From Acidobacteriota bacterium (lineage in GTDB: Bacteria > Acidobacteriota > UBA6911), in contig OY761556.1 of assembly GCA_963664705.1 (NCBI GenBank), forward strand, positions 1,632,001-1,696,000: a stretch of DNA of 64,000 bases. The letters run 5' to 3'. Each line of letters begins with the position of its first letter. Position 1 is the first letter of the stretch. Shown here one piece after another: positions 9,397-19,611 of the stretch. The translations under genes and the position numbers were made by a program. The notes under the pieces are model-generated. The model saw only the letters and a program-made list of their open reading frames with translations. It ran no database searches and was not told where the DNA came from.

Positions 9397-11421
9397 ATGG
9401 CTAACGGATATACCGGGAAAATATTGCGAATCAATCTGACCAGCAGGGAAATCAGTACGATGGATACCGCCAAGTACGAGGAATTTGGCGGTGGCTATGG
9501 TATTGGCACGGCAATCTTCTGGGACCTGGCGGTCGCCCCGGGCCAATGGAATCTGAAGGATGCCTATGATCCCCAGAATGTCATTCCGCTAATGTCGGGC
9601 CCTTTAGCTGCAACCGGAGTGCCGAGTGCCGGTCGGACCAGTGTTTGCGGGCTGTCACCGGAAACTTTTCCTACCTGCGAATTCTGGCGGGGTAATTTCG
9701 GCGGGCGTTTTGGCACCATGATGAAGCTGGCCGGTTGGGATGGCGTCGTGGTCGAGGGCCGGGCGGAAAAGCCGGTCTGGATCAATGTCATGAACGATCA
9801 GGTGAAAATTGAAGACGCCAAAGAGCTTTGGGGGCTGGACACCTATGAGACTCAAACCAGAATTACATCCATGGTGGGTGGAAGAACACGCTTTGGCGAA
9901 GAGTGGCAGTCGATAGGCAGTGACTATACCACCGCACGGCCGCAGATTGTCTGCATCGGTCCGGCGGGCGAGACAAAATCCCGGCTCGCCTCCCTGATTA
10001 CCGGCAGCGGGATTAATGCGCGAATCGGCGGATACGGTGCGGTCTTCGGAGCAAAAAACCTGAAGGCCATCAGCGTTATCGGGACCGGCGGAGTGCGGGT
10101 CGCCGATCCCAAGGGGATCGTAGATGCCAGACTGCAGCATATGCGTGCCCCGGCATTTGGAGCCATTCCTTATTCGCAGCAACCGGGAGCGGCTTCCTGC
10201 TCGCCATGTCTGCGATGCGACCGGCGCAGAAGCAATTATTATGGTGGCGAGACCATGTGTGCCGATACGGGCTGGTTTTCAGGCGGCAAAGGGCCGGCGG
10301 ATAGAGACCTGGCATGTGAAGCTTTGATAAAGCATGGCGTCAGCAGCTGGTCCGCTCACTTCCATGCAATGTCGGTAAAAATTGCCGGCGCACCCGCGTT
10401 TTTCCATGGAGAGGTGCCGACAGACTCTGGCCTTGGCTGGTATCTCCAATACCTCACCGAGCAGGGGCTGCTTGGTCCGGGGAAGCAGATTGATTCCGCG
10501 CCGCTTCCTATGGATCAGCAGGGGGAGTTGAGCTTCCGATTGGCTTTGCTCGACGCGATTTCGCGGCGTGCAGGGATCGGCGATGCCTTGGCTGAAGGAC
10601 TGTGCCGGGCAGCCCAGAAATGGGGGAGACTGGAAAAGGATCGAGACAGCGGTGCCTTGCGTCTTCCGGCCTGGGGCGCTGCAAGCCATTGGACCATGCC
10701 CTTTGTTGAGTGGGCCTATGCTTACATCCTTGGCGCGGGAGATCCAACCTGGCACGGACTCATGGCCCCTACGGGAGTTCCGCGCGACGGCACTTCTTTG
10801 GAGAGTTCGCTGGAGAAATTATCCAAAAGAACCATTCCCTATACCGATGATCTTTTTATGTTCAACTACGCCTGGAAAGGGGAGGAAGCCTGGAAGACCG
10901 GTATCTACTCCCCGCATAAAGCCAAGCAGGTGGCCTGGTGCCGACACTATTCGACTTTCTGGAACGAATCCATGGCGTTCTGCGAAATGCTTTTCCCGGA
11001 GTTGGGCAGCTATAGTCCTGAGATGGAAATCATGTACTACAAAGCGGTAACAGGGAAAAAGGATTCATTTGCCGACACAATGCGAATCGGCCAGAAAATC
11101 TGGACCCTGGAACGAGCCATCCGCGTGATGCATGGAAGGAGCCGTCAGACAGAGGATTTCTTCCCTTATATGTATATGCCGGGAGCATCCGGCTTTGCCG
11201 TCTACGGCGGAGTGCCGATATACGAGAACGGCAAGTGGCGCAACGACCAGGCTCCGGATATGTATCTAGACCGGAAAGGAGTGGATGATTTTAAGAGTCA
11301 CTACTATGCGCTGGAAGGTTGGGATAACGAGCACGGCTGGCCGACACGGAAGACCTTGGAAGGATTCGGACTAAAAAGGGTAGCGGACACACTGGCCGCC
11401 AAGAATAAGCTGGGCGCTTAA
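9397..11421 (+). CDS. Aldehyde:ferredoxin oxidoreductase family (tungstopterin) enzyme
   Basis: GYTGKILRINL, GG.FG..MKLAGWDG...EG, CIGPAGE, GAVFGAKNLKAI, YY...GWD...G.PTRKTL. Confidence 0.9.
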   Translation: MANGYTGKILRINLTSREISTMDTAKYEEFGGGYGIGTAIFWDLAVAPGQWNLKDAYDPQNVIPLMSGPLAATGVPSAGRTSVCGLSPETFPTCEFWRGNFGGRFGTMMKLAGWDGVVVEGRAEKPVWINVMNDQVKIEDAKELWGLDTYETQTRITSMVGGRTRFGEEWQSIGSDYTTARPQIVCIGPAGETKSRLASLITGSGINARIGGYGAVFGAKNLKAISVIGTGGVRVADPKGIVDARLQHMRAPAFGAIPYSQQPGAASCSPCLRCDRRRSNYYGGETMCADTGWFSGGKGPADRDLACEALIKHGVSSWSAHFHAMSVKIAGAPAFFHGEVPTDSGLGWYLQYLTEQGLLGPGKQIDSAPLPMDQQGELSFRLALLDAISRRAGIGDALAEGLCRAAQKWGRLEKDRDSGALRLPAWGAASHWTMPFVEWAYAYILGAGDPTWHGLMAPTGVPRDGTSLESSLEKLSKRTIPYTDDLFMFNYAWKGEEAWKTGIYSPHKAKQVAWCRHYSTFWNESMAFCEMLFPELGSYSPEMEIMYYKAVTGKKDSFADTMRIGQKIWTLERAIRVMHGRSRQTEDFFPYMYMPGASGFAVYGGVPIYENGKWRNDQAPDMYLDRKGVDDFKSHYYALEGWDNEHGWPTRKTLEGFGLKRVADTLAAKNKLGA

Positions 11422-11453
11422 ATCGGTGAGGTTTCCGATTTAAGGAGAGTTTT

Positions 11454-12143
11454 ATGAAAGCACTCGGATTGATCGGTGGTACCAGCTGGGTTTCCACGAT
11501 TGATTACTATAAGCTCATCAACGAGATTATCAACGAGCGATTGGGTGGCGTTAATGCCGCAACCCTTCTTCTATACTCGGTCAATTTTGCCGAATTCCTG
11601 CCTCCAGCGGATGAAGCCGGCTGGCAATATTTTGCATCCCGATTCATCGCAATCGCCCGCAAACTCGAAGCGGCGGGAGCCGAGGCGCTCGTTTTATGCG
11701 CCAACACGCCGCACAAGGTCGCCCCGGAAATCGCGGCGGCCATAGCCATTCCTCTCATCCATATTGCCGAGGCTACTGCCAGGGAAGTTAAATGTCACAA
11801 GCACTCCACGGTTGGCCTTCTTGGTACACGATTTACAATGCAGGAATCGTTTTATCACGAGACTCTGGCAAAATATGGGATCAATGCTCTCATACCCGAA
11901 AAATCCGACCGAGAATATATCCATGGAACGATTCTGGGCGATTTTGCCAGGAACGTGTTTACGCCGGAGCATAAGGCTCATTATCTGGGAATTATCGATA
12001 AACTCGAGAAGGCTGGGGCGGAGGCGATCATTCTGGGGTGCACTGAGATTCCGCTTTTGATTAAGCCGCAGGATTGCCGGCTTCCGCTGTTCGATACAAC
12101 AGTCATTCATGCCCGTGCTGCAGTTGATTTTGCGCTTGCATAA
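11454..12143 (+). CDS. Aspartate/glutamate racemase family protein
   Basis: GLIGG.SW.ST, LCANTPH, LGTRFTM, ILGCTEI (both catalytic Cys present). Confidence 0.92.
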   Translation: MKALGLIGGTSWVSTIDYYKLINEIINERLGGVNAATLLLYSVNFAEFLPPADEAGWQYFASRFIAIARKLEAAGAEALVLCANTPHKVAPEIAAAIAIPLIHIAEATAREVKCHKHSTVGLLGTRFTMQESFYHETLAKYGINALIPEKSDREYIHGTILGDFARNVFTPEHKAHYLGIIDKLEKAGAEAIILGCTEIPLLIKPQDCRLPLFDTTVIHARAAVDFALA

Positions 12144-12163
12144 CCACAGGGAGCGAAGCTTCC

Positions 12164-12235
12164 GGAGTGCGGTGGCTTGCCACCGCCTTCTATCTTTTAT
12201 GATTTTCGAAGGCAGCAACAAGCCGTACCGCTCCC
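12164..12235. repeat. REP/REPIN-like palindromic element, family A, copy 1
   Basis: GGAGTGCGGTGGCTTGCCACCGC...TTTATGATTTTCGAAGGCAGCAACAAGC...GCTCCC between convergent genes; similar copy at 33990-34059. Confidence 0.7.
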
Positions 12236-12252
12236 GGATACTCCCGAGCAAT

Positions 12253-13310
12253 TCACGGTTGGAATACGGCGATAACCCCCGCATGGTCGGAGGCATGAGT
12301 CGGAAATCCAAGTCCGAAAGATGCCGGGATGATCAGCTGCTTTGCACTTATGATGTCCATTCCTTTTGCGAAGAACAAATCAATGCGTTCAAACGGAGGA
12401 ATGGGTCCCAGATAAAAGGAGGGAGGCATCTGGTCCTCCAGATATAAGGGCCAGGTAGCTCCAGGATCCAGCGGATTGGCATTCTGCCATACTTCCGCGT
12501 ATCCGGCTTCTTGGAGCATGGCCACGGTAGCCGTGTTGTCCGGTCCTCCTCCCGCAATCCCAAGAATCGCATCCGAGTTGAAGTCTCCTGCAAGAATGAC
12601 TGGAACCGTTACATTGCGCAATTCGTGGATTAGTTGGATGGCTTGCGCTGTCTGAACCTCCGTTGCTGCCGGAAACCCAGGGACAGGGCTCTGCAGATGG
12701 GTGGTAACGAATTGGAAGTGGCGATTGCCGGTGTGAATGCTTGCTGATATCCATCCGGCGGGGATTATCAACGAGTTGAAGTCGAGCGCTGCGTCAAAGA
12801 TCCTGGAATGAACATCGGAAATGTGGAAAGCCGGCGGGCGCAATGAAGCTCGAACCAGCAGTGTGTCCCGATCGGTGAAACGGACCGCTCCAATGCTTCC
12901 GGGCAATGCAATATCCATGATGGTGTTGACTGCAACGATGTCGTAGGGCTCTCCCTTTTGATTAAGAGCAGCCAATAGCAGTTGGAGTTGGTCGCAGATG
13001 ACATTGGTCGCGGTTTCAACCGTTGGTCCGTTGCGCCAGAGTGTGACCTCCTGCAGGGCACAAGGTCCGGTTTCTCTTCGGCAATTTTTTCAGCGAGCAA
13101 GCCGGCACGTTCAGGAATTTTTCCATTCAGTATTTCGGCCAGGGTCAGGTCAACTCCGTCTGGAACTCCGAGACCGACGATGAATGCCAAATCTGTTCCG
13201 GCATCCATGTTTTGAGTCAGGATCTTGATGGTTGAGGGATTGCCGCCGTCTTTCGCCCAGGCGGAGACTGCAAGCAGAAGCAAAATGAGGAATAGGCATT
13301 TTCTAATCAT
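12253..13310 (-). pseudogene. Secreted endonuclease/exonuclease/phosphatase family protein, frameshifted near 13059 (pseudogene or sequencing error)
   Basis: Signal peptide, TQNM and KPDLV lie in one frame; LQEV...THL...AGDFNS...RID...SDH lie in another. One base is missing at CTT GTG [G]CC CTG CAG GAG (PDLVALQE). Confidence 0.8.
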
Positions 13311-13664
13311 GGGACCTCCAATGAGATAGAACCTGCAAATTCTGCTAAATCGAAAGGCTGTGTTTGTGTCCGGCCCTTCCGCGGTCTGAAGCCGCGGTCG
13401 GCGATCAATGAAGCTGACTTGGGCAAATAGGCTGTTCTTAATGCTAATCAGGCGGAAGCCGGCTGGCAAGAGCTTACAGATTTGAAGCGCAAAAAAGCAC
13501 CTCAATTGAATGGGCCGAGGATTATTGAAAAACTCATCTGAATGCAAACTTCCTTTTGTAGTACGATAGAAAAATTCAACACGATTGTGAGCAGGTTCAA
13601 CCAGCAGGCCTTAATCGCGGCATGAATTATTGTGCCTAGGGATCGGTGTCAGGAGGATTTCACG

Positions 13665-14546
13665 ATGAAAAGCATTTTGCGAGGGTCATTATTGGGTGGA
13701 GCCATTTTGTTTTTGTTAGCGGTAAGTAGTACTGCAGGGATAGCGCAGTCAGGCGGCCAGACCTGTACGCGCGAAGGACTCGACGCCATCACCGGCAAAT
13801 TTTTTGCAGCGCTGGAAGCACACAGTCCATCGGGCGTACCGCTTGCTGCCGGGGTGAAATACACGGAAAACGGCCAGGCCGTTGCGGTTGGAAAAGGAGC
13901 CTGGACAACTGCGGGCAAGACGACATTTAAGCGAAAAATGATCGATACTCAAAAATGCGGGACCCATACACAAGCCATTATTGATGAAAATGGCAAGCCT
14001 ATGCTTTACGGCGTTCGACTCAAGATTGACAAGGAGAAGGTCTCCGAGATTGAAGCTATCGTGGTGCGAGGAAAGGAAGTGCTCGATGTCCAGGCAATCC
14101 TGGATACCAGGGATCAGGATTGGGAAGGCATTCTTCCGCTGGAGCAGCGAAGTTCGCGCCTGTCCATGATGGCTGTGGCGGATGATTATTTCGAACTGTT
14201 CGTCAAAGAGCAAAAGCCGAAGGTCTCGGTTCTTCCGTTTGCCAAAATCTGCGATCGCTGGGAAAACGGCATGCAGACGACCAAAGGAGGAACCAACCAG
14301 GGTGTAACGATGCCCGCTCACAATTGCTCGCCCAAAGGCTTCGCCGATATGACCCATAGTCCCCGGCGGTTTTTGGTGGATGTGGAGACCGGTGTCGTGG
14401 TGGCTTACACGCTTTTTAACAATACATGGCCTGATTTTCACATGTTCAAGATCAGGAATGGCCAGGTGGATTGGATCCAGGCTTATTTTGAATATGCGAA
14501 GCAGTACAAGTCGATAGGCTGGCCCTCGGAACCGGCATGCAAATAG
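13665..14546 (+). CDS. Secreted hypothetical protein, paralog of 54544-55518
   Basis: Signal peptide. Shared motifs C.R..L, P.A..V.(Y/F)TEN, G.G.W.TA, C.R.ENG..T, FKIR.GQ. Confidence 0.75.
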   Translation: MKSILRGSLLGGAILFLLAVSSTAGIAQSGGQTCTREGLDAITGKFFAALEAHSPSGVPLAAGVKYTENGQAVAVGKGAWTTAGKTTFKRKMIDTQKCGTHTQAIIDENGKPMLYGVRLKIDKEKVSEIEAIVVRGKEVLDVQAILDTRDQDWEGILPLEQRSSRLSMMAVADDYFELFVKEQKPKVSVLPFAKICDRWENGMQTTKGGTNQGVTMPAHNCSPKGFADMTHSPRRFLVDVETGVVVAYTLFNNTWPDFHMFKIRNGQVDWIQAYFEYAKQYKSIGWPSEPACK

Positions 14547-14607
14547 CGATCGGGAGCGCCGGACAACGTCATCGCGAAGACTGGCGCTCCTGGTTTTTGT
14601 CTCGTGC

Positions 14608-14922
14608 CTATTTTGCGTACGAGCAGCAGTAATCCACGATTGTCCTGACCTGAAGCTTGAATCGGGAATCGCCGGGAACGTCAAATTTTGCCCCGGTTGT
14701 ATAGGTTTTCCAGACTGTTTCCCCGGGCAACTGCACATTCAGGTCTCCGCTCAAAATCTCCATTCTTTCGCTCACGCCGGTCCCAAACTCGTAGTCTCCA
14801 GGAAGCATAATTCCGAGTGTTTTCATGCTGCCGTCCGCGAAAAAAACGGTTCGGCTGGTTACCTTTCCCTCAAAATAAACGTTGGCCTTTTTCACCACCG
14901 ATACATTTTCGAACTTATCCAT
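14608..14922 (-). CDS. ppnP: Pyrimidine/purine nucleoside phosphorylase
   Basis: [12 protein letters not shown]...[15 protein letters not shown]...ERMEILSG...DYCCSY. Confidence 0.92.
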   Translation of the reverse strand: MDKFENVSVVKKANVYFEGKVTSRTVFFADGSMKTLGIMLPGDYEFGTGVSERMEILSGDLNVQLPGETVWKTYTTGAKFDVPGDSRFKLQVRTIVDYCCSYAK

Positions 14923-15159
14923 AAGCCTTGCGGTCCTTTTTGAATTTTGGAAATCAGCCGGCAGGTGTTTGCCCTGGCGGCGTCATTCGAGTTCCCACAG
15001 GATGAAAGCATATCGTTTTGTGCTGCAGCGGAGCAAATGAATATGAGCGATGGCCTGTGTTTATGCTATTGATACAGAAATTTATCGGGACGTCTTGAAG
15101 CCCTTCTCCGCGGGACATATACTCGAAACATTTGGTGTATCTAAAAAGATGAAAGGGGA

Positions 15160-16377
15160 ATGTGTATGCGCCGCTTAGGACGGTCTGGGTGCTGCTGGAT
15201 AGCCCTGTGTGCAATATTGACCATTCTGTCTCCCTCGATGGAGGCGGCCAATTTTTCGGTAACGCTATTTACGGATGCAAACTCAGGAGGAGTGGCCGGG
15301 ACGGGCGTTGGAGTAGCAGGAGATCTGCGATCGGCGATCCTGGCTGCGAATGCTTCAGGGGGAACGGATGCAATATCCTTTGCCTGTGGAACTCCGCCCT
15401 GCACGATCACATTGACCGGGCCTTTGCCCCCAATAACCGAGAGCCTCACGATTGACGGGGGCACTTTGGGCAACATCATCGTGAGTGGCGCGAATGCCTA
15501 CCGGGTCTTCTTTGTTGATACCGGCACCGTCACCATTCAAAACATGATGATCCAAAACGGACGCGCACAAGGGGGCGCCGGTGGCAATGGCGATGGTGGC
15601 GGCGGCGGTGGCGCCGGCCTTGGTGGTGGACTCTTTGTCAACCAGGCGGGTGCGGCTGTAACCTTGACTAATGTTCGATTTGCCAGTTGTTCTGCAATCG
15701 GAGGTGCCGGCGGCAAGTTCGTTGCCCATGCCTATGCGGGTGGTGGCGGCGGGGGTATGGCGTTTCGCGGAGGCAATTCCACGATCAACGCCGGCGGAGC
15801 TGGCGGCGGGGGCATGCTGGGTGCCGGAACGGATGTTGCCGCGCTGGCAACTGGCGGCGATGGCGGTGCGGGTGGTGGTGGCGGCGGTGGCACTGGTAAT
15901 GTGGGAGCGGGTGGAAATGGCGGAGCTGGCGGCGGCGGTGGTGGGGCTGATGGTGGTACGAGGGGAACCGGCGGGTCTTTGGGATCCGCGATGAAGGGTG
16001 GGGATGCAGGAACCGGTGGTGGTGGCGGCGGTGGTGGCGGTGCCGCAGCTGGACCAGCCGTGTTTGTCAATGCCGGGACCTTGACAGTGTCTAACGTTTT
16101 GGCGAGCGACTCGGTGGCAACCGCGGGCGCTGGAGGTACTGGAGACTTGAGCCGGAATGGTTCCGCTGGAACGGCCAATGCAACGCATCTCTTCAACTAT
16201 GCCGGAGCTGTCAATACCTCGCCGACGACCGGTCCACTTGGACTTTTGGACCCGCCGGTGGCGGTGCCTGCACTTTCAACCGCAGGGTGGATCTGCCTGG
16301 TGCTTGGGATTGCCCTCGCGGCATGGTTTGCGATGTCGCATAAGCGACGCACGCCTACGGCTGGCAGCCCGCTCTAG
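15160..16377 (+). CDS. Gly-rich secreted surface protein with IPTL-CTERM-like sorting signal
   Basis: Signal peptide, GDLRSAI..AN, LP.IT.SLTIDG, RVF.V, poly-Gly blocks; C-terminus VPALSTAGW + TM helix + KRR. Confidence 0.8.
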   Translation: MCMRRLGRSGCCWIALCAILTILSPSMEAANFSVTLFTDANSGGVAGTGVGVAGDLRSAILAANASGGTDAISFACGTPPCTITLTGPLPPITESLTIDGGTLGNIIVSGANAYRVFFVDTGTVTIQNMMIQNGRAQGGAGGNGDGGGGGGAGLGGGLFVNQAGAAVTLTNVRFASCSAIGGAGGKFVAHAYAGGGGGGMAFRGGNSTINAGGAGGGGMLGAGTDVAALATGGDGGAGGGGGGGTGNVGAGGNGGAGGGGGGADGGTRGTGGSLGSAMKGGDAGTGGGGGGGGGAAAGPAVFVNAGTLTVSNVLASDSVATAGAGGTGDLSRNGSAGTANATHLFNYAGAVNTSPTTGPLGLLDPPVAVPALSTAGWICLVLGIALAAWFAMSHKRRTPTAGSPL

Positions 16378-16407
16378 CCGGCTGCGCTGTAGAGAAACTG
16401 TTGTTCG

Positions 16408-16447
16408 GTGAAATTCGTGGCAGATGAAAAGTTGCCACGAATTTCAC
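16408..16447. repeat. Palindromic element family B, copy 1 (possible terminator or mRNA stabiliser)
   Basis: GTGAAATTCGTGGC-N12-GCCACGAATTTCAC. Confidence 0.65.
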
Positions 16448-16510
16448 TGGTTTGCCCGGTTTTGACTTGCCCAATTACTGCGGATCTTCATCCGCTTCAA
16501 ACGACAGAAC

Positions 16511-17059
16511 ATGCAACGGAGGGCTGCCCCGCTGAAGAAGCAATCAGACAAGCGGATTTCCGGATCCTTTTCGATTGGCAGGTTTATAGCATTCTATGTG
16601 CTTTATATTGCAGGAATGATGATTTTTCTGGCTGATCCCGTCGCCGGCTGGCTGAACCTGGATAAGGGATTCAGCATCGGCGAGGCGGTCACATCCGCGC
16701 AATTCCTGAGATGGCTGGGGATTCAGTGCCACTGCGATGGGCGCGTTCTTCAAATGCAAGGAGCCAGCCTGTCCATCGAATTCGGTTGTAACGGGCTCGA
16801 GGCCATTATGATTCTTGCTGCTGGAATCCTGGCCTATCCCGGGAGTTGGAAACGAAAAGGCTGGGGATTGCTGACCGGTTTTATTCTGCTGCAGATATTG
16901 AACTGGATGAGGATTGTGCTGTTGGCGGCCGCGTCTCAATACAGCCCGGCAATATTCGAAATTCTTCATGTTTATGTGGCCCAGGGAGTCATGATTGTCC
17001 TGGCCTTGCTTTGTTTCATCATTTATGTTCAAAAGGCCCCCGCATCCGATGGCGGCTAA
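16511..17059 (+). CDS. xrtH: Exosortase H-like protein
   Basis: Membrane protein with GCNGLEA (Cys), NWMRI (Arg), ILHVY (His) triad; adjacent to an IPTL-CTERM-type substrate. Confidence 0.8.
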   Translation: MQRRAAPLKKQSDKRISGSFSIGRFIAFYVLYIAGMMIFLADPVAGWLNLDKGFSIGEAVTSAQFLRWLGIQCHCDGRVLQMQGASLSIEFGCNGLEAIMILAAGILAYPGSWKRKGWGLLTGFILLQILNWMRIVLLAAASQYSPAIFEILHVYVAQGVMIVLALLCFIIYVQKAPASDGG

Positions 17060-17642
17060 ACCAGGAATCACACTTGGAAAATTTGCGCTGATCTTGTTCG
17101 GCGCATACATCGTTTGTCTTATGCTGTGGCTGCCGCTGAAAAGCTACTATGCTGCTGCAATTTCCTATGGAGCCGCTCAGCTGACTTCCGTTTTTCAGGA
17201 AGTCAGCTATCAAAAGATGGAGGTCAGGCGAGATTCCACTGTCGTTACTTTTGACTTTCATCATTCCCTCCGAACCAGCTCCGGATCCTATACCATCAAT
17301 ACCTCTGCCTATGATTTCAGCATGCCGCTAATTCTTGCGCTGTTGCCGACGTTCGCTCCCTTTTTGACAACGAAATGCAGACCGCTGCTGATCATTGCGA
17401 GCGTGACGATCGGGATTCATCTTTTGTACATGGTGCTCTCCCAGTGTAACGCCATCAACCTGGCGCTGGCGCGCGAGGGATTTGGCTGCGGAGGGAAGGG
17501 CATGATTTCCTTCATGCGGGAGTGGATTGGATTACTCGTCTTGAGGTTTTTGCCTTTCCTGTGCGGCTTTTATTTGGCCGTAAATACGTCCTTTTGGGGG
17601 GAGTGGCGCAAAAGGCGTACCAGGAAGGACGGGATTCGCTAA
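17049..17642 (+). CDS. Probable exosortase H-associated membrane protein
   Basis: Overlaps the exosortase stop codon; several hydrophobic helices; Y...PL.LAL motif. Confidence 0.6.
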   Translation: MAAKPGITLGKFALILFGAYIVCLMLWLPLKSYYAAAISYGAAQLTSVFQEVSYQKMEVRRDSTVVTFDFHHSLRTSSGSYTINTSAYDFSMPLILALLPTFAPFLTTKCRPLLIIASVTIGIHLLYMVLSQCNAINLALAREGFGCGGKGMISFMREWIGLLVLRFLPFLCGFYLAVNTSFWGEWRKRRTRKDGIR

Positions 17643-17900
17643 GGCCTGAATTCAAAATTCCAGATCTCAGATTCCAGAGTTCAGAGCAAGCCGGCATCGT
17701 CGCGCGCAGTGTGATCTCAATTCCCACAAACATAATTAAGACAGGAATCGGCAGACAGCCGATAAGGTCAGTTTGGCCCGGCCAATGCTTTCTGGCTTAA
17801 GGCTTTATCAAATGCCGGTCATCGGAACCAATAGTGGCACCAAAGCAATGCGAAAAACCGACGCGATCAAGAATGGCTCGAATCGCAACTTTTCAATGAG

Positions 17901-19250
17901 GTGATCATGTTCCAGAGATTCGTAGTAGTCCTTTTCATCTTTGCTTGCATTATTCCAGCTTGCATGGTCCAGAATGCACCGGCCGGCGACTGGCTGAGTG
18001 TTGGGACCGGGGATTGTCCTGGCCGGGATGTTGCCGGATCCACCGGGCCGAACCCGGATCCCGGCAGGTGCAACGGGCAGTTTTCAGGATACACAGCTGT
18101 ATGTTGGAACAATAACTGCACCTATAAAAATGTAGCGACTGCAAGCTGCACTGGCGGATCGAATCCGGGACGGATGTACACCTGTGGCAACTCCGTTGTT
18201 CCTACGCAATCGGTAGGCACCTGGCTGAGTGTTGGGACGGGGGACTGTCCTGGACGGGATGTCGCCGGATCCACCGGGCCGAACCCGGATCCCGGCAAGT
18301 GCAACGGGCAGTTTTCGGGATACACAGCCGTGTGTTGGAACAACAACTGCACCTATAAAAATGTAGCAACTGCAAGCTGCACCGGCGGATCGAACCCGGG
18401 ACGAATGTATACCTGCGGTTCAAGTTCGATGCCGGCCAGCACACCGGTTGTCCCGGCGGCCTCGACTGGCAACTGGATCAATGTCGGGACGGGGGACTGT
18501 CCCGGCCGGGATGTCGCGGGATCCACCGGGCCGAACCCGGATCCCGGCAAGTGCAACGGGCAGTTTTCAGGATACACAGCCGTATGTTGGAACAATAACT
18601 GCACCTATAAAAATGTTGCGACCGCAAGCTGCACCGGCGGATCGAACCCGGGACGAATGTATACCTGCGGTTCAAGTTCTATGCCGGCCAGCACACCGGT
18701 TGTGCCGGCGGCCTCGACTGGCAACTGGATCAATGTCGGGACGGGGGACTGTCCCGGCCGGGATGTCGCGGGATCCACCGGGCCAAACCCGGATCCCGGC
18801 AAGTGCAACGGGCAGTTTTCGGGATACACCGCGGTCTGCTGGAACAATAACTGCACCTATAAAAATGTTGCGACTGCAAGCTGCACCGGCGGGTCGAATC
18901 CGGGACGAATGTATACCTGCGGTTCAGCGTCGACAACACCGGCAGCGCCTGCCGCATCTGCGCTTTCCGGTCGATGGACGCTCAACGCGAATGGCTTTGT
19001 TTTCCGTGCAGATGTGATCCAGAGGGATCGCCTTGTTACGGGAACAATGACTCCAATAAATCACCAGGGATCCACTAGTACCATAGATGGAAGTTTCGAT
19101 GGCCGTGAACTGAATTTCACTCGTTCGACCCCAGGTTCCGGTTCTCAGCAATACCACGGATTCCTTTTCCTGGGTATTGAATCAGGCAACGGGATTGGCG
19201 GCACATTCAGAAGCGGTGGGTTGGATTATGGTTGGTACGCTACCAAATAG
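17901..19250 (+). CDS. Secreted protein with four near-identical 66-aa six-Cys repeats and a beta-rich C-terminal domain
   Basis: Signal peptide; repeat W.SVGTGDCPGRDV...C...CWNNNCTYKN...C...MYTCG. Confidence 0.85.
   Translation: MIMFQRFVVVLFIFACIIPACMVQNAPAGDWLSVGTGDCPGRDVAGSTGPNPDPGRCNGQFSGYTAVCWNNNCTYKNVATASCTGGSNPGRMYTCGNSVVPTQSVGTWLSVGTGDCPGRDVAGSTGPNPDPGKCNGQFSGYTAVCWNNNCTYKNVATASCTGGSNPGRMYTCGSSSMPASTPVVPAASTGNWINVGTGDCPGRDVAGSTGPNPDPGKCNGQFSGYTAVCWNNNCTYKNVATASCTGGSNPGRMYTCGSSSMPASTPVVPAASTGNWINVGTGDCPGRDVAGSTGPNPDPGKCNGQFSGYTAVCWNNNCTYKNVATASCTGGSNPGRMYTCGSASTTPAAPAASALSGRWTLNANGFVFRADVIQRDRLVTGTMTPINHQGSTSTIDGSFDGRELNFTRSTPGSGSQQYHGFLFLGIESGNGIGGTFRSGGLDYGWYATK
17991..18923 (+). 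repeat. Intragenic tandem repeat, 4 x 198-bp core
   Basis: Cores start at 17991, 18222, 18474 and 18726 (periods 231/252/252 bp); differences are mostly synonymous. Confidence 0.95.
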
Positions 19251-19350
19251 GATCGTTGAGCCTGAAATATCCGGTGAAGGATAGCAGGACAAAAGCGAAT
19301 TTAGAGGACTCCCGCCTGCTCTTGTGATGAGTCTATAGACTGCATGAAAT

Positions 19351-19403
19351 GGGTGAAATTCGAGGCGAAAGAAATGCCCGCGGGGCAGCCACGAATTTCA
19401 CCC
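19351..19403. repeat. Palindromic element family B, copy 2
   Basis: GGGTGAAATTCGAGGC...GCCACGAATTTCACCC (1 mismatch). Confidence 0.6.
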
Positions 19404-19611
19404 TTGCCTCCTCGACTTGATAACCCTGCCATTGCCTGTCAATAAAATAAGAATCGCTAAATCTTAAATCGGGATTAGTATTTCTAATGATATGATCGGT
19501 TACACTCAAAGAGTACGCATTCTCCGGCGTGTGCGAACCTTTTCACGAAACCGCGTTGGGCGGCGATGGCTTTGCTCGTGTTCGTAGATACCACAATGTA
19601 GTTATATACTT

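Noticed and set aside
12768-13547. 259-aa ORF as a gene
   Set aside because: Only 13059-13310 is real coding sequence (N-terminus of the frameshifted EEP gene); the rest is upstream extension or out-of-frame tail.
15732-16196. Proline-rich minus-strand ORF
   Set aside because: Antisense shadow of the poly-Gly codons of the IPTL-CTERM protein.
17645-17690. Degenerate 7-mer run (AAATTCC AGATCTC AGATTCC AGAGTTC)
   Set aside because: Too short and degenerate to assign; no associated gene in the window.
17991-18923. CRISPR array or DGR template/variable repeat
   Set aside because: Repeats are ~200-bp in-frame coding units without unique spacers; differences are mostly synonymous rather than adenine-specific; no cas or reverse transcriptase gene is present.
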